DNA of 64,000 nt from Octopus vulgaris. Its lineage: Eukaryota. The notes beneath the pieces were generated by a model that ran no database searches, was not told where the DNA came from, and saw only the letters and a program-made list of their open reading frames with translations. Positions 63,435 to 64,000 of this stretch are shown here, piece by piece. Both the position numbers and the translations under genes were made by a program. Position 1 is the first letter of the stretch; each line of letters opens with the position of its first letter. The stretch spans positions 42,656,001 through 42,720,000 of the forward strand of contig OX597818.1 of NCBI GenBank assembly GCA_951406725.2, written 5' to 3'.

Positions 63435-63904
63435 AGAAACAGTTAAGAGTCTCTTCATTGTTGAACAAGTTTTTTTTTTAATTCAATGGAATATGCTCAG
63501 CTACACAACAGAATTTGGATATGAATGTGGCTTGTCATATGCTTATTTTACTCTGTATTTCACTTTTGTTTGTTCATATCAACTTTATATTACAGTGTCA
63601 TTCTGGTGAAGATTTGTGAGTGATTTGACATGTAGTTGTAGCAGCTGTGTGGGTTGGAGTGGACAGTAGTCATTAGGTCAACTGTGTTCCACATATGTCA
63701 TTGGGTTTTTAATTTTATTGTTCATGAAAAATTGAGACCCATGTTGTTAGTAATTTACATTTAATTATATTATGTACAAGAATTTTTATTATTTAAGACA
63801 GCATGAAAACAATTGCTACAAAAGCCGTACAGTATTACCTAGGAGGACATGTTATTTTTATGCATAGCAATATAACTGAATGATTGATTGTTGTGATTTT
63901 TCAG

Positions 63905-64000
63905 TGTAAGCTAAGATTAAAAGCCCGCATCAACCCTGGAACCACATGTTCTTTGAGAGTGGATTCTCGATGGCCTGTACACTTTAAGGTTACGGATGAG
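63905..64000 (+). CDS. HGSNAT: HGSNAT-like gene, coding exon 3 (runs off the window)
   Basis: atttttcAG acceptor, phase 0, open to the window end: CKLRLKARINPGTTCSLRVDSRWPVHFKVTDE. Completes the C-x-x-C motif (ECWK|C) across the intron, as in HGSNAT CYH|C. Confidence 0.72.

Overview
AT-rich, repeat-dense animal genomic DNA. The SINE/MITE/Helitron repertoire suggests an octopus or other coleoid cephalopod (inference, not verified). Two spliced host genes are supported, both on +. The first is the last four coding exons of an S-adenosylmethionine synthetase (MAT; 323-5588). The second is the first three coding exons of a probable HGSNAT-like lysosomal acetyltransferase (37988 to beyond 64000, with a 21-kb first intron). 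Between them lies an apparently intact, very young CsRn1-clade Ty3/Gypsy LTR retrotransposon (24995-30860, minus strand). It has matching 584-bp LTRs, a tRNA-Trp PBS, a PPT, a 4-bp TSD and a G_GGA_AAC -1 frameshift site with a predicted pseudoknot. It sits inside a local segmental duplication whose other copy preserves the empty site. The rest is nested SINEs, Helitrons, piggyBac-, Merlin- and hAT-like MITEs, and LINE/Gypsy relics. The most unusual signals are: (i) repeated short-range templated duplications, several inverted and inside introns (predicted long dsRNA); (ii) two independent RTE-type LINE insertions with twin-priming-like 5' inversions; (iii) a minimal hammerhead-ribozyme-like motif with a U3-A8 core; (iv) a trimeric SINE inserted as one unit; (v) an orphan CpG-rich first-exon-like segment at 22 kb. 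All alignments were done by eye, and repeat boundaries without a stated TSD are approximate.
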